This document shows, in pieces, positions 19,810 to 29,399 of a DNA stretch of 64,000 nt. Position numbers and translations under genes: made by a program. The notes below the pieces were generated by a model. That model did no database searches. It was not told the DNA's origin and was given only the letters and a program-made list of their open reading frames with translations. Position 1 is the first letter of the stretch, and each line of letters starts with the position of its first letter. Source of the DNA: Patescibacteria group bacterium (lineage in GTDB: Bacteria; Patescibacteriota; Microgenomatia; UBA12405); NCBI GenBank assembly GCA_013387215.1, contig WARW01000022.1, forward strand, positions 238,417-302,416, written 5' to 3'.

Positions 19810-20580
19810 CTAATAAAGTTTTTCGTTATATACATCTAAAACTAGATGACCTTCACGGCCTTCATTTGGTTTACCTCGATATATAGTGACTCCAGCATTT
19901 ATAGGTTTCTCTTCTTCATCTAAGCGCTGGAACTCATATTCGTCTAGTCTTTCTAAATTTGCTCGGACAGAAAGAATAGTGAGATGGTGTGTTACTGCTA
20001 AAACTTCTTTTTCATTATAATCGCGAGTAACAGTATTCATCCAAGAATGAGTTCTTTGCCTAACATCAGGAATATTCTCTCCTTGAGGATATCTATATCG
20101 ATAAGAACCTTGTAAATTATACAGTTCACGTTGTTCAGGATGTAAAACATGAAAGACCCGCCAATCATTATATAAAAGTGACAATCCATGGTCTTGTTCA
20201 GTTATTCTTTCTTCTTTGAGTGTTTTTACATTTTTAAGTTCTGGCCAAGCTCTGGTCATGATTTCTAATGTAGATTGAGTTCTCTGATAAGGAGAAACAA
20301 AAATAATATCTGGAAGATTAATTCTTTCTCTTAAATTTTTTGCCATTGTTTCAGCTTGAAAACCAGCACCGTTGGCAAGAGGCGTATTGTGATCTGCACA
20401 TTTAAGAGCAAATTGTTCTTTTACTTCTAAAGCAAGATGACGGGCTCGATCAGAATCGGGTTCGGTTTCATAAGCTTGAATAAATTCTTGATAGAGTGAA
20501 CTTCGAGCTTTTTGAGGCTTCAAAACATTATAAGCTGAACTGTCGTGTCGGATTAAAGTTAATGTTTCTGGCCATTTCAT
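19810..20580 (-). CDS. Histidine phosphatase (phosphoglycerate-mutase-like) family protein
   Basis: LIRHDSSAYN, an RHG-type catalytic motif, in a 256-aa protein. Confidence 0.7.
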   Translation of the reverse strand: MKWPETLTLIRHDSSAYNVLKPQKARSSLYQEFIQAYETEPDSDRARHLALEVKEQFALKCADHNTPLANGAGFQAETMAKNLRERINLPDIIFVSPYQRTQSTLEIMTRAWPELKNVKTLKEERITEQDHGLSLLYNDWRVFHVLHPEQRELYNLQGSYRYRYPQGENIPDVRQRTHSWMNTVTRDYNEKEVLAVTHHLTILSVRANLERLDEYEFQRLDEEEKPINAGVTIYRGKPNEGREGHLVLDVYNEKLY

Positions 20581-20629
20581 GGCGAAAGTATCTCATTCAA
20601 ATATATTGTCGTCAACAATAAGTTGGTGT

Positions 20630-22423
20630 TTATTTTAAAACTGCATAAATTCGGCGCTTGCCACTTCCGGCGGATTCTTCTTTAGTTATTTCAAATGTTC
20701 CCAAAACATTAGTATTTTTAACATGAGGTCCAGTGCAGACTTCTTTAGAAAAATAAGTATCTTTTGAACCTATAGTAAAGACACTGACGGTTTCTGGATA
20801 TTTGCTGCCGAAGAAAGCCAAAGCACCTTGTTTTTGAGCTTCAACGAAAGGCATAGTTTCTTTAAGAACTGGAAGCGATAGCTGAATTTGTTGGTTTACT
20901 ATTTCCTGAACCTGTTTAATTTGTTCTTCAGTTAATTTGTCTGGATGTGAAAAATCAAAACGCAAACGTTCGGAAGTAATATTGGAACCAGATTGTTGGA
21001 CATGATCACCTAATACTTGTCTTAAAGCAGCGTGTAATAAATGGGTGGCGGTGTGATATTTGGTAATGATTTCAGAATTATCAGCTAAACCAGATTTAAA
21101 TTTACCAGCAGATAAAGTTTGAGAGAGTTTGACATGTTCTTCTTGGGATTGATTAAATTCTTCCCTATTTAAGGTTAAATTATTTTTTTGCAGCTCTTCT
21201 TCAATCATCTCGACCGGGAAACCAAAACTTTCATATAAGGTAAAAGCTTCTTTTCCGGACACCTGATGATTACGGGCAATTAATTTATTGATTTCATTTA
21301 GTCCCCGATCAAGGGTTTTTCGAAATTTATTTTCTTCAGCTTCCAAAATAGATAAAATTTTATCCCGGTTATCATTTAATTCGGGATAAGTGCCAGCATA
21401 ATTATCTTGATTGTCTAAAACAGTGCCGGCAATAATGGAACAAAAATTCTTATCAATTCCAATAGCTTTTCCTCGGCGAATTGTGCGGCGAATAAGACGG
21501 CGTAAAACATAGCCGGCTTCTTTATTGGATGGCTCAACTCCATCAGCGATTATAAAAACTGCTGATCGAAGATGGTCGGCGATTATACGAATTGATTTAT
21601 TATCAGGAGAATTTTTGTCTGCACCTGGTTCATAAGTCTTACCAGATAATTCTTCGATTTTTTTTATAATTGGCTGCCAAATTGATGATTGATAGTTATC
21701 AGAAAATCCCGAGAATATGGCAGCATTTCGTTCAACTCCAAGACCGGTATCAACATTTTTTTGAGGCATTTCGACATATTTACCAGTTTCATCTTTGTAA
21801 TATTGCATGAAAACATCATTCCAAACTTCAATAATTCTCCCCTGCTTGCAGCCTGTTTCAAAATCAATTTGACCTTCTTCTGGTTTAGTGTCGACAAACA
21901 TTTCAGAATCTGGACCACATGGGCCAACAGCGCCTGCTGGACCCCACCAATTATCTTTTTTAGGTAAATAATGGATTCTGTCTTCAGGAATGCCAAGCGA
22001 TAACCAGAGGTCGTGTGACTCGGTGTCTTTTGGAGCATCTTCGTCCCCGGCAAAACAAGTGACATGAAGATTCTTTGGATCCAAATTTAAAACTTTGGTT
22101 AAAAACTCATAACTCCATGGGATCATTTCTTTTTTGAAGTAATCACCCAAAGACCAGTTGCCTAACATTTCAAAAAAGGTGTGATGAAAAGTATCACCGA
22201 CATCATCAATATCGCCAGTTCGGACACATTTTTGAACATCGACGAGTCTTTTACCAAGCGGATGTGGCTGACCTAAAAGGAAAGGGACGAGAGGGTGCAT
22301 GCCGGCAGAAATAAAAAGAGTGGTGGGGTCGTTTTCAGGAATTAGACTGGCTGATGGAATTTCTTTATGACCTTTTGACACGAAAAAACTTACATATTTA
22401 TCTTTTAATTCTTTGGCGTTCAT
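20630..22423 (-). CDS. alaS: Alanine--tRNA ligase, a short form lacking the C-terminal C-Ala/oligomerisation region
   Basis: Class II catalytic core (FFVSKGHKEIPSASLIP, FISAGM, GDYFKKE) plus the editing-domain HxxxH (HTATHLLHAAL). It is 597 aa against ~870 for the canonical enzyme. Confidence 0.9.
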   Translation of the reverse strand: MNAKELKDKYVSFFVSKGHKEIPSASLIPENDPTTLFISAGMHPLVPFLLGQPHPLGKRLVDVQKCVRTGDIDDVGDTFHHTFFEMLGNWSLGDYFKKEMIPWSYEFLTKVLNLDPKNLHVTCFAGDEDAPKDTESHDLWLSLGIPEDRIHYLPKKDNWWGPAGAVGPCGPDSEMFVDTKPEEGQIDFETGCKQGRIIEVWNDVFMQYYKDETGKYVEMPQKNVDTGLGVERNAAIFSGFSDNYQSSIWQPIIKKIEELSGKTYEPGADKNSPDNKSIRIIADHLRSAVFIIADGVEPSNKEAGYVLRRLIRRTIRRGKAIGIDKNFCSIIAGTVLDNQDNYAGTYPELNDNRDKILSILEAEENKFRKTLDRGLNEINKLIARNHQVSGKEAFTLYESFGFPVEMIEEELQKNNLTLNREEFNQSQEEHVKLSQTLSAGKFKSGLADNSEIITKYHTATHLLHAALRQVLGDHVQQSGSNITSERLRFDFSHPDKLTEEQIKQVQEIVNQQIQLSLPVLKETMPFVEAQKQGALAFFGSKYPETVSVFTIGSKDTYFSKEVCTGPHVKNTNVLGTFEITKEESAGSGKRRIYAVLK

Positions 22424-22452
22424 AGGGAGATTATAACAATTCAGGATGAAAA

Positions 22453-23067
22453 TTACACTTCAATTAATTTGATTTCTTTATCATTTACAGCAATGGCCTG
22501 ATTATCTTTAATTATTTTAAACGAGTATTTATTTTTATATTTATCAATTATTTTTTGAATAAGAGGAATATATGCTTCATTATTTGCATGCGGCATAATA
22601 ATAAAATCAACTAAATTTAAAGCCTCATAAGATTCTAATTCAACATCATAATCCTTATCATCTTCATCCTTTTCAATTTCAATATTTGGCCCTGCCAGAA
22701 GTGAACCGGCACTTGAACCAATATATATTGTGCCGTTTAAAACTTTTTCTCTAATTAAGCTAAGGCAATTACTTTTTTGCATTTGTTCCAAAAGATATAT
22801 GGTGTTTCCACCTGCGACAAAGATTATATCTATTCCATCAAATTCTGTTTTTAAGTTTTCCAGAGTTTGATTCTTTATATCAACAACTTTTACTTGGAAT
22901 CCAAGTTCTACCAATTTAGATTTATCTCCTTCAATCCAAGGAGTGTCTTTATAGATATCGCCAGCAGTTGGGATAAAAGCAACTTTCATTGAATTGGGAT
23001 TTTTAGGTAGAAATTTAATAAGATTATCAAGAGTTTTAGAGGCAGCAGAAGTTAAATATAAAAACAT
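22453..23067 (-). CDS. Peptidase S51 (dipeptidase E-like)
   Basis: FVAGGNT and GSSAGS motifs in a ~200-aa protein. Confidence 0.75.
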   Translation of the reverse strand: MFLYLTSAASKTLDNLIKFLPKNPNSMKVAFIPTAGDIYKDTPWIEGDKSKLVELGFQVKVVDIKNQTLENLKTEFDGIDIIFVAGGNTIYLLEQMQKSNCLSLIREKVLNGTIYIGSSAGSLLAGPNIEIEKDEDDKDYDVELESYEALNLVDFIIMPHANNEAYIPLIQKIIDKYKNKYSFKIIKDNQAIAVNDKEIKLIEV

Positions 23068-23088
23068 AAATTGATTTTATCAAACAAG

Positions 23089-23499
23089 CTATCGGCGCGG
23101 TTTTACAAACATTTTCGGGGCGGCTTTTTTCTTGATAGGAGTTGGAGCGGCAACTGGTTTATCAACAGGAACTGAAACAATTTTCTTTTCGACGACTTTT
23201 GTAGCTACAGGTGCGGGCTTGGAAGTTATAACAGGTTTTATAATTGAAACTTTTTTGGATTTAATTATCTTTTTAGGCTTAATTACAACAGGAACAGTTT
23301 GAGGTTCAGAACTAGAAAGGTTAATAAAGTTTTTGAAAAAATCTTCTAATTTTTTTTGGAGATTATCAAAGACTTTTCCTTTATTTTTTTTATAAATAAC
23401 AATGGCAATAATAGCTCCAATAATAGCCCCGAGAATTAAACCAAATACAAAACTGGAACTGCGGTTTTCATCATGTTCGCAGCAACAAGCCTTACTCAT
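23089..23499 (-). CDS. Small membrane protein with a lysine/proline-rich tail
   Basis: 136 aa with one TM (FVFGLILGAIIGAIIAIVIY). Confidence 0.45.
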   Translation of the reverse strand: MSKACCCEHDENRSSSFVFGLILGAIIGAIIAIVIYKKNKGKVFDNLQKKLEDFFKNFINLSSSEPQTVPVVIKPKKIIKSKKVSIIKPVITSKPAPVATKVVEKKIVSVPVDKPVAAPTPIKKKAAPKMFVKPRR

Positions 23500-23501
23500 G
23501 T

Positions 23502-23840
23502 TTAGTCTTTCTTTTTAAACAAAGTATTAAATAAGGAAACGCCATTTTTGAATCCAAGAACAAACTCAGATAGAGAGCTGACAGGTTCAGCTACCGATGA
23601 AGTGATGGTTTTGGTGTCGTCAAGAATTCCGTTGGTTTTAACAACAGTAATTTTGAGCTCTTTTAAGATTTTAATAACCCAGATTCCACAGCCAACAATA
23701 ATGGCAGTAATAGAGATAAGACTAACGATAATTACGATTTGTGTAATGTCCATAAAATTAGTATAGACTATTTTCCTATTGATTGCTTTTAATAATTTTT
23801 TCGTCGACAGTGATTTTTCCGGTGGGAGATTTTGATTCAA
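23502..23840 (-). CDS. Small membrane protein. The true start is probably the internal Met near 23753.
   Basis: One TM helix. The track ORF overlaps the upstream gene by 65 nt, and the internal start MDITQIV... removes that overlap. Confidence 0.4.
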   Translation of the reverse strand: MNQNLPPEKSLSTKKLLKAINRKIVYTNFMDITQIVIIVSLISITAIIVGCGIWVIKILKELKITVVKTNGILDDTKTITSSVAEPVSSLSEFVLGFKNGVSLFNTLFKKKD

Positions 23841-24429
23841 TTGTTATTTTATTATCGCCATTAGATAGGTTTATTTTCTTCTCAAAGTTGCCACTAGGAT
23901 CAACTAAAATTAAATCGTTATTTACTTTAATTGTTGCCTCAGGATCGGTAACCCCGGTTAAATCCAAAATACTTCCAAGAGTAATAGTATTGCTCGGCCA
24001 ATTCACTTTTAATTTGGGAGGACGATTGAATTTTATATATTCTGAAACTAAATAAAATGAGAATAATAAAATGGTGATAAAAATAGTGAGAATAAAGGTA
24101 AATTTGGGAGTGAAGGCAAAGAACTTTTCTTGACGGGATTTTGATTTTCTTTTGGTTTCAAAATCGCGGCGAAAAAGCCTCAGAGTTTCCTGGCCATTTA
24201 GACCTAAATAATCTGCATAATCTTTAATCATCAAAGAACAATATGGTTCCTGAGGAAAATTTAGTGTGTCTTCATTTTCCAAAGCTTCTAGATACTTAAT
24301 AGGTATTTTTAATTTCTTAGAAATATCTGCAAGCTCATATTCTTTGTCGAGACGAGTATTTTTAAGTAGTGATGAGGCTCGAAACATATTTTGATTATTC
24401 AGCAGTATCGTCTGAAGTGTTGTGAGCAA
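23776..24429 (-). CDS. RodZ-like HTH-domain membrane protein
   Basis: Architecture of an N-terminal helix-turn-helix (Xre-like), a basic linker, one TM and a C-terminal domain. Confidence 0.6.
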   Translation of the reverse strand: MLTTLQTILLNNQNMFRASSLLKNTRLDKEYELADISKKLKIPIKYLEALENEDTLNFPQEPYCSLMIKDYADYLGLNGQETLRLFRRDFETKRKSKSRQEKFFAFTPKFTFILTIFITILLFSFYLVSEYIKFNRPPKLKVNWPSNTITLGSILDLTGVTDPEATIKVNNDLILVDPSGNFEKKINLSNGDNKITIESKSPTGKITVDEKIIKSNQ

Positions 24430-26518
24430 TTAAAATTTCCCGTGGTTTAGCACCATTGGCTGGGCCAACAATACCCGCTTGTTCAAGCTGGTCTAATACA
24501 CGAGCAGCGCGGGCGTAACCTAATTTAAGACGACGCTGCATTAAGGAAGCAGAAGCTTTACCGGTTTCTTGAACCAGCTTAACCGCATCTTCAAACATCG
24601 CATCCCGATCTTCAACATTACCACTCATAGCAGCATTGCCTTTGCCATTGTGGGCAACTGGCTGACTGATAACTTGATCGTCATACTCGGTGACTTTTTG
24701 AGTTTTTAGATAGTCAATTAAGGCAGTTAATTCTTTATCAGAAACAAAACAGCCTTGAATTCTGACTGGCTTGGCTAAATCCGGTGGAATATAAAGCATG
24801 TCTCCCCTTCCGAGAAGCTTTTCAGCTCCTGGAGAATCCAAAATAACCCGAGAATCAGTAACAGAGGCTACAGCAAAAGAAAGACGAGTTGGGATGTTGG
24901 CTTTGATTAAACCAGTAATGACGTTTACAGAAGGTCTTTGAGTGGCCAAAATTAAATGGATACCGACAGCACGAGCCATTTGAGCTAAACGACAGATATT
25001 GTCTTCAACTTCAGTTGGCGAAAATAACATGATTTCGGCAAGCTCGTCGATAAAAATTAAAATGTAGGGCAAAGATTGAAAACCTGCCAAATTGTTGTAG
25101 GCTTCAATATTTTTGGCACCAACTTCAGTAAAGGTTTTATAGCGTCGTTCCATCTCCCCTACTGCCCATTTTAAGGCAGAAATAACTTTTTCAGGTTCAA
25201 CGATAACTGGAGTTAAAAGATGAGGAATACCGTTATATGGAGTTAATTCGACCCGTTTTGGATCGACCATAATCATTCTGACCTCATCTGGAGAAGCCCG
25301 GAATAAAATGTTGGCAATCCAAGAGTTCACACAAACAGATTTACCTGAACCTGTTTGACCGGCAATAAGCACGTGAGGCATTTTAGCAATATCGCCGACT
25401 TTAGGATTACCAGCCACATCCAAACCAAGCGGAACACAAATCTTATTCTTAGCACTCTTCATGGCTTCAGATTCAAGGATTCGGCGAATAGGCACAACTT
25501 CCAATGAACGATTAGGAACTTCAATACCTACAAGAGAACGGCCTGGAATTGGAGCTTCCACACGGATCATACCGCCTGGAGCAGCTAAAGCCATAGCCAT
25601 ATCGTTGCTTAAGCTTAAAATTTTAGCTAATTTAGTGCCTAGAGCTACTTCAAGAGCATATTGAGTGACTGATGGACTATTATTGACTTCAGTGACACGA
25701 GCAGTAATACCGAAGGAATCAAGAGTTTGTTCAATAATTGAGGCATTTTTGCGGACATCACCTCGGTCAGCCTTGGCTCCGGGAGTGCCGTCAAAAATTG
25801 AAATGGATGGATATTCCCACATTTGATTTCCAGAAGAACTGAGAGCCTTGACTGGTGCAGCTGGATTATTGGAAAGCGGATTATCTTTAAAAATAGGGGC
25901 AATATTGACCACGGCCGGATCTTCTTTGAACTTTTCTTTAGCAGATTCCTTTGAAGAACTAATTTCTGAGTGGTAAATAGCTTCTTTAGAACCTTTCTTG
26001 GTTTTTGCCTTGTTAACACTACCGATAGTGTATTTTTTAAGCATTACAAAGATAGTAGTCAAGAATTTGACCACTTGAGCAACCGAGGTGTCGAAAAGAA
26101 TAACAAAGCCGACAATCATGGCAAAAAAGAAGATAAAAAAGCTTGGAAGTTTTCCAAAAAGAACCAATAGTTGATTCCAAAAGAAAACACCAGCAACACC
26201 CTGCTCAAACAAACTGATCAAAGATACAAACATGATGGTAAAACCCAAAAATACGTTTAATTCTTTTAAAGGGGATTTAATTTTAGCGAACAAAAAAGAA
26301 ATTAAGAGCAATAAAAAAGGGATAAAAACAGAACCGAAACCAAAATATTCGGTTAGGAATTTATTGTATCCCGATGGAATCGGACCAGTCTGTAAAAATG
26401 AAAATACAGAAAGGATCGATAAAATTAAAAAGAAAATGAAGAAGACTGTTTGGACAGTTTCAGGTTTTAGAGTTAAGCGAGGGAATGCCCCCTTTTTTTT
26501 TCGACCACGTTTAGCCAT
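24395..26518 (-). CDS. ftsK: DNA translocase FtsK/SpoIIIE
   Basis: N-terminal multi-TM region, Walker A GQTGSGKSV, the FtsK motor domain and a C-terminal winged helix. Confidence 0.92.
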   Translation of the reverse strand: MAKRGRKKKGAFPRLTLKPETVQTVFFIFFLILSILSVFSFLQTGPIPSGYNKFLTEYFGFGSVFIPFLLLLISFLFAKIKSPLKELNVFLGFTIMFVSLISLFEQGVAGVFFWNQLLVLFGKLPSFFIFFFAMIVGFVILFDTSVAQVVKFLTTIFVMLKKYTIGSVNKAKTKKGSKEAIYHSEISSSKESAKEKFKEDPAVVNIAPIFKDNPLSNNPAAPVKALSSSGNQMWEYPSISIFDGTPGAKADRGDVRKNASIIEQTLDSFGITARVTEVNNSPSVTQYALEVALGTKLAKILSLSNDMAMALAAPGGMIRVEAPIPGRSLVGIEVPNRSLEVVPIRRILESEAMKSAKNKICVPLGLDVAGNPKVGDIAKMPHVLIAGQTGSGKSVCVNSWIANILFRASPDEVRMIMVDPKRVELTPYNGIPHLLTPVIVEPEKVISALKWAVGEMERRYKTFTEVGAKNIEAYNNLAGFQSLPYILIFIDELAEIMLFSPTEVEDNICRLAQMARAVGIHLILATQRPSVNVITGLIKANIPTRLSFAVASVTDSRVILDSPGAEKLLGRGDMLYIPPDLAKPVRIQGCFVSDKELTALIDYLKTQKVTEYDDQVISQPVAHNGKGNAAMSGNVEDRDAMFEDAVKLVQETGKASASLMQRRLKLGYARAARVLDQLEQAGIVGPANGAKPREILIAHNTSDDTAE

Positions 26519-26562
26519 AAAATCAGTATAACAATAAATTTATTGTTTTTATTAGATTGAGA

Positions 26563-28260
26563 TTATTTTAATTCGCCGATAATTTCTTTATCAGAAATTA
26601 TTTTTGATTCTGACTGATCGCGTTTTTTATACTCAATACCGCCTTTTTCAAGACTGCGCTTACTAATAACCAATCTAACAGGAATTCCAATCAAATCGGC
26701 ATCTGCAAATTTAGCGCCAGCAGTGACATCGTCCCGATCGTCATATAAAACATCAATATTATTTTTCTTGAGATTTTCGTACAAAGACTCGGCTTTAGCC
26801 TTGATTGATTCGTCGAATAAATCTAAACCCAACAAATGGACTTGGTATGGTGCAATTGATTCAGGCCAAATAATCCCCTTGTCATCATGATGAGTTTCGA
26901 TGATGGTAGAAATTGCCCGACCAATTCCAATGCCATATGAACCCATATAAAGTTTTTTCAAAGAGCCGTCTTTATCAACAAAGTTGCCATCCATCGGATT
27001 ACTATAAGTGTAGCCAATATTGAAAATATTACCGAATTCTACAGCTTTTATGAATCTTAATTTGCCTTTATGACATTTGGCACAGGTGTCTCCGACTTGG
27101 GCTTCAGCAATATCGCCGAAGAATTGGCACTCAAAATCGCGGCCATAATTTACATTAATTGAGTCAGTATCTTTTTGTTTTTGTCCGCCAATAAAATTAT
27201 GGACAGTTTTTAGCGATAAATCGCCAACGTAAACTGCATCGTGCCCCCAACAATGGACCCAACCAGATTTGGTACCTAATTTTTTTAGATCTTCATCGGT
27301 GGCTGGCTCGAGTTCGCCTTTAGCACCATAAACTTTTGCAAGTTTGGCGGGATTGACAGACAAATCTCCACGAATAACACCAATAACGATAGTGCCATCA
27401 GTATCTTTATAGACAACATTTTTTAAATAATGTTCTTTGGATTTGCCGTAATGTTTAATATTATCTTCCATGGTTTCCACCCATTCAGGTTGAGTAACTA
27501 TTTCCATGTCTTTAATTTCTTCATCAAGATTAATGTCTTTTCGATCAAATTGAGCGGTTTCTAAATTAGCAGCGTATCTGCATTCATCACACAAAGCGAT
27601 AGTATCTTCACCAACATCAGTTTCGACCATAAATTCGTGAGAAACTGCACCGCCAATGGCGCCATTATCGGATTCAACGACAATTACTTTTAGACCCAAT
27701 CTTTTGGCAATATTTTCATAGGCCACCCAATATTTTTGATAAGTTTCTTTTAAACTTTCTTCATTTTCATGAAAAGAATAAGCATCTTTCATGACAAATT
27801 CGCGGGTGCGCAAAAGACCGCCGGTTGGGCGAGCTTCATCGCGGAATTTTTGAGAGAACTGATAAATATTAATTGGCAAATCTTTGTAGGTAGGATTCAT
27901 TTGATTAACCAAATCCATCATGACCACTTCCGCAGTTGCACCCAAAGTAAATTCAGCTTCGTTTCTATCTTTAACCAACATCATTGAAGAACCAAACTTT
28001 TTATCGCGATTAGCTTTTTGCCAAAGTTCTAGAGGTTGAAGAGTTGGAACAATCAGTTCTTGAGCACCAGTTTTTTCGACTTCTTCACGAATTATATCTT
28101 CAACTTTTTTGGATACTTTAAAACCTAGAGGCAAAAAGGTGTAACGGCCAGCAGAAAGCATGCGGATAAAACCGCCTTGCAATAAAAGTTTATGACTAAC
28201 GGCTGTTGCTTGATTGCTAACAGTTTTACTAGTTTTTCCAAATAGTTTTGAATATCGCAT
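26563..28260 (-). CDS. proS: Proline--tRNA ligase, bacterial type with an editing insertion
   Basis: 565 aa with class II motifs and ProRS conservation. Confidence 0.93.
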   Translation of the reverse strand: MRYSKLFGKTSKTVSNQATAVSHKLLLQGGFIRMLSAGRYTFLPLGFKVSKKVEDIIREEVEKTGAQELIVPTLQPLELWQKANRDKKFGSSMMLVKDRNEAEFTLGATAEVVMMDLVNQMNPTYKDLPINIYQFSQKFRDEARPTGGLLRTREFVMKDAYSFHENEESLKETYQKYWVAYENIAKRLGLKVIVVESDNGAIGGAVSHEFMVETDVGEDTIALCDECRYAANLETAQFDRKDINLDEEIKDMEIVTQPEWVETMEDNIKHYGKSKEHYLKNVVYKDTDGTIVIGVIRGDLSVNPAKLAKVYGAKGELEPATDEDLKKLGTKSGWVHCWGHDAVYVGDLSLKTVHNFIGGQKQKDTDSINVNYGRDFECQFFGDIAEAQVGDTCAKCHKGKLRFIKAVEFGNIFNIGYTYSNPMDGNFVDKDGSLKKLYMGSYGIGIGRAISTIIETHHDDKGIIWPESIAPYQVHLLGLDLFDESIKAKAESLYENLKKNNIDVLYDDRDDVTAGAKFADADLIGIPVRLVISKRSLEKGGIEYKKRDQSESKIISDKEIIGELK

Positions 28261-28470
28261 AAGTTATTCTATATTAATTTTTATAACAAAAAAGCTCGTC
28301 ACTGCTCAGAAAATTATTTCTGAACAAGGACGAGCGTTGTCGTGGTACCACCTTGTTTCGATTAAATAAATTTAATCCTTAAAAATTTTACGGTTGTTTC
28401 CGGAACTACTTTCGTAGTCAGCTCCACGGCGGGATACCGTTTCTCAGCTTTGGAAATATTATAGCATGGA
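28261..28470 (-). promoter_or_regulatory. Putative T-box riboswitch leader, with terminator and antiterminator, upstream of proS
   Basis: On the minus strand, AACAAGGUGGUACCACGA (revcomp of 28340-28357) is close to the T-box consensus AAUUAGGGUGGUACCGCG. A terminator hairpin at 28294-28335 is followed by a U-run (A-run 28288-28293 on plus). AACAAGG can pair with CCUUGUU of the terminator 5' arm, which leaves a UGGUACC bulge of the kind that pairs with the tRNA NCCA end. A candidate -10 TATAAT lies at 28458-28463. Confidence 0.5.
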
Positions 28471-28485
28471 GAATTTAGAAAGAAA

Positions 28486-28521
28486 AAAGGTGGTAAAAAC
28501 CATTAAAGATTTGTACCACCT
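28486..28521 (-). terminator. Rho-independent terminator for the gene at 28543..29037
   Basis: Hairpin with arms AAGGTGGTA/TACCACCTT and a 17-nt loop, followed on the minus strand by TTTTTTTC. Confidence 0.5.
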
Positions 28522-28542
28522 TGGCAGAAAATTACAGAAAAG

Positions 28543-29037
28543 TTAAATTTGGCTTAAACAGTCAAAAATGAACTGGACAATGAGTTCTAGAGTTTTTTCC
28601 AGATCAGCGCCAGCAAGGTTTATAAGCCTAAAAGTTTTTGTGATTTCAGCGAATTTAAAAACGACAGTTTCTGAATCGGAATAAATCTTAAGAACTCCTT
28701 TTCCGTAAAGTGATATAGCACCCAAATCGAGACAATAATACCTGCCAAATACATATTCAATAATCTCAAAATTAAAGGTTTTATCTTCGCAAACATATGC
28801 GTCGGTTTTATCGAGTATCTCAGTTCTTTGATCTTTCATTTTGTCAATAAAATACTTCTTACCTGGATCAACATCTTTGGATTCAAGAGGATAACCGCAG
28901 TTGAGGAAGTCAACCATGGTTTCAAGAGCCTCCCGGGCATAGATACATCCAAGTATTTCTTTACCTTTCTGAGCACTTGCCACATTATTCTGATAGCTTT
29001 TTTCTATAAGCATAACTAATTTGCTTATGTCTGACAT
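28543..29037 (-). CDS. Hypothetical protein
   Basis: 164-aa ORF with its own terminator downstream and no recognisable motif. Confidence 0.5.
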   Translation of the reverse strand: MSDISKLVMLIEKSYQNNVASAQKGKEILGCIYAREALETMVDFLNCGYPLESKDVDPGKKYFIDKMKDQRTEILDKTDAYVCEDKTFNFEIIEYVFGRYYCLDLGAISLYGKGVLKIYSDSETVVFKFAEITKTFRLINLAGADLEKTLELIVQFIFDCLSQI

Positions 29038-29140
29038 TTATTTCACAACCTTTCCTGTAATTTAAAGTACGCGAGTATTATATAGGTTATTTTTTTTAAG
29101 TCAATTTAGTGAAATGATTATATGTTTTATATAATATGTA

Positions 29141-29356
29141 GTGACAAATTTCTGCCCAGAATGCAGCCAGACAGGCAAATGCTGGTTTAAAGAAAAAGCT
29201 GATGAAGTTGCAACACAAGAATCAAAACGATCTGATTTAGATCAGGCGATTGATAAACATCAACAAATTACAGAATTAAGAGTCAGAGCTAGAGAAAAAA
29301 TGTGTCCCAACTTAAATGATATTGATCCTGATTATCCTGGAAAAAATTTGTTATAA
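29141..29356 (+). CDS. Small hypothetical protein on the plus strand
   Basis: 71-aa ORF with a CPEC...C motif at the N-terminus. It is followed by a hairpin and is one of the few plus-strand ORFs. Confidence 0.3.
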   Translation: MTNFCPECSQTGKCWFKEKADEVATQESKRSDLDQAIDKHQQITELRVRAREKMCPNLNDIDPDYPGKNLL

Positions 29357-29357
29357 A

Positions 29358-29388
29358 AAAGCCGCCCATTACTGAGCGGCAATTTATG
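29358..29388. terminator. Hairpin terminator downstream of rnj
   Basis: GCCGCCCATTACTGAGCGGC. On the minus strand GCCGCTCAGTAATGGGCGGC is followed by TTTTTT, which sits just 3' of the rnj stop. Confidence 0.45.
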
Positions 29389-29399
29389 AGTTTATATTT

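Noticed and set aside
28261-28540. A small RNA gene or tRNA in the GC-richer proS upstream spacer
   Set aside because: No cloverleaf can be drawn. The sequence is better explained as a T-box leader plus a terminator for the upstream gene.
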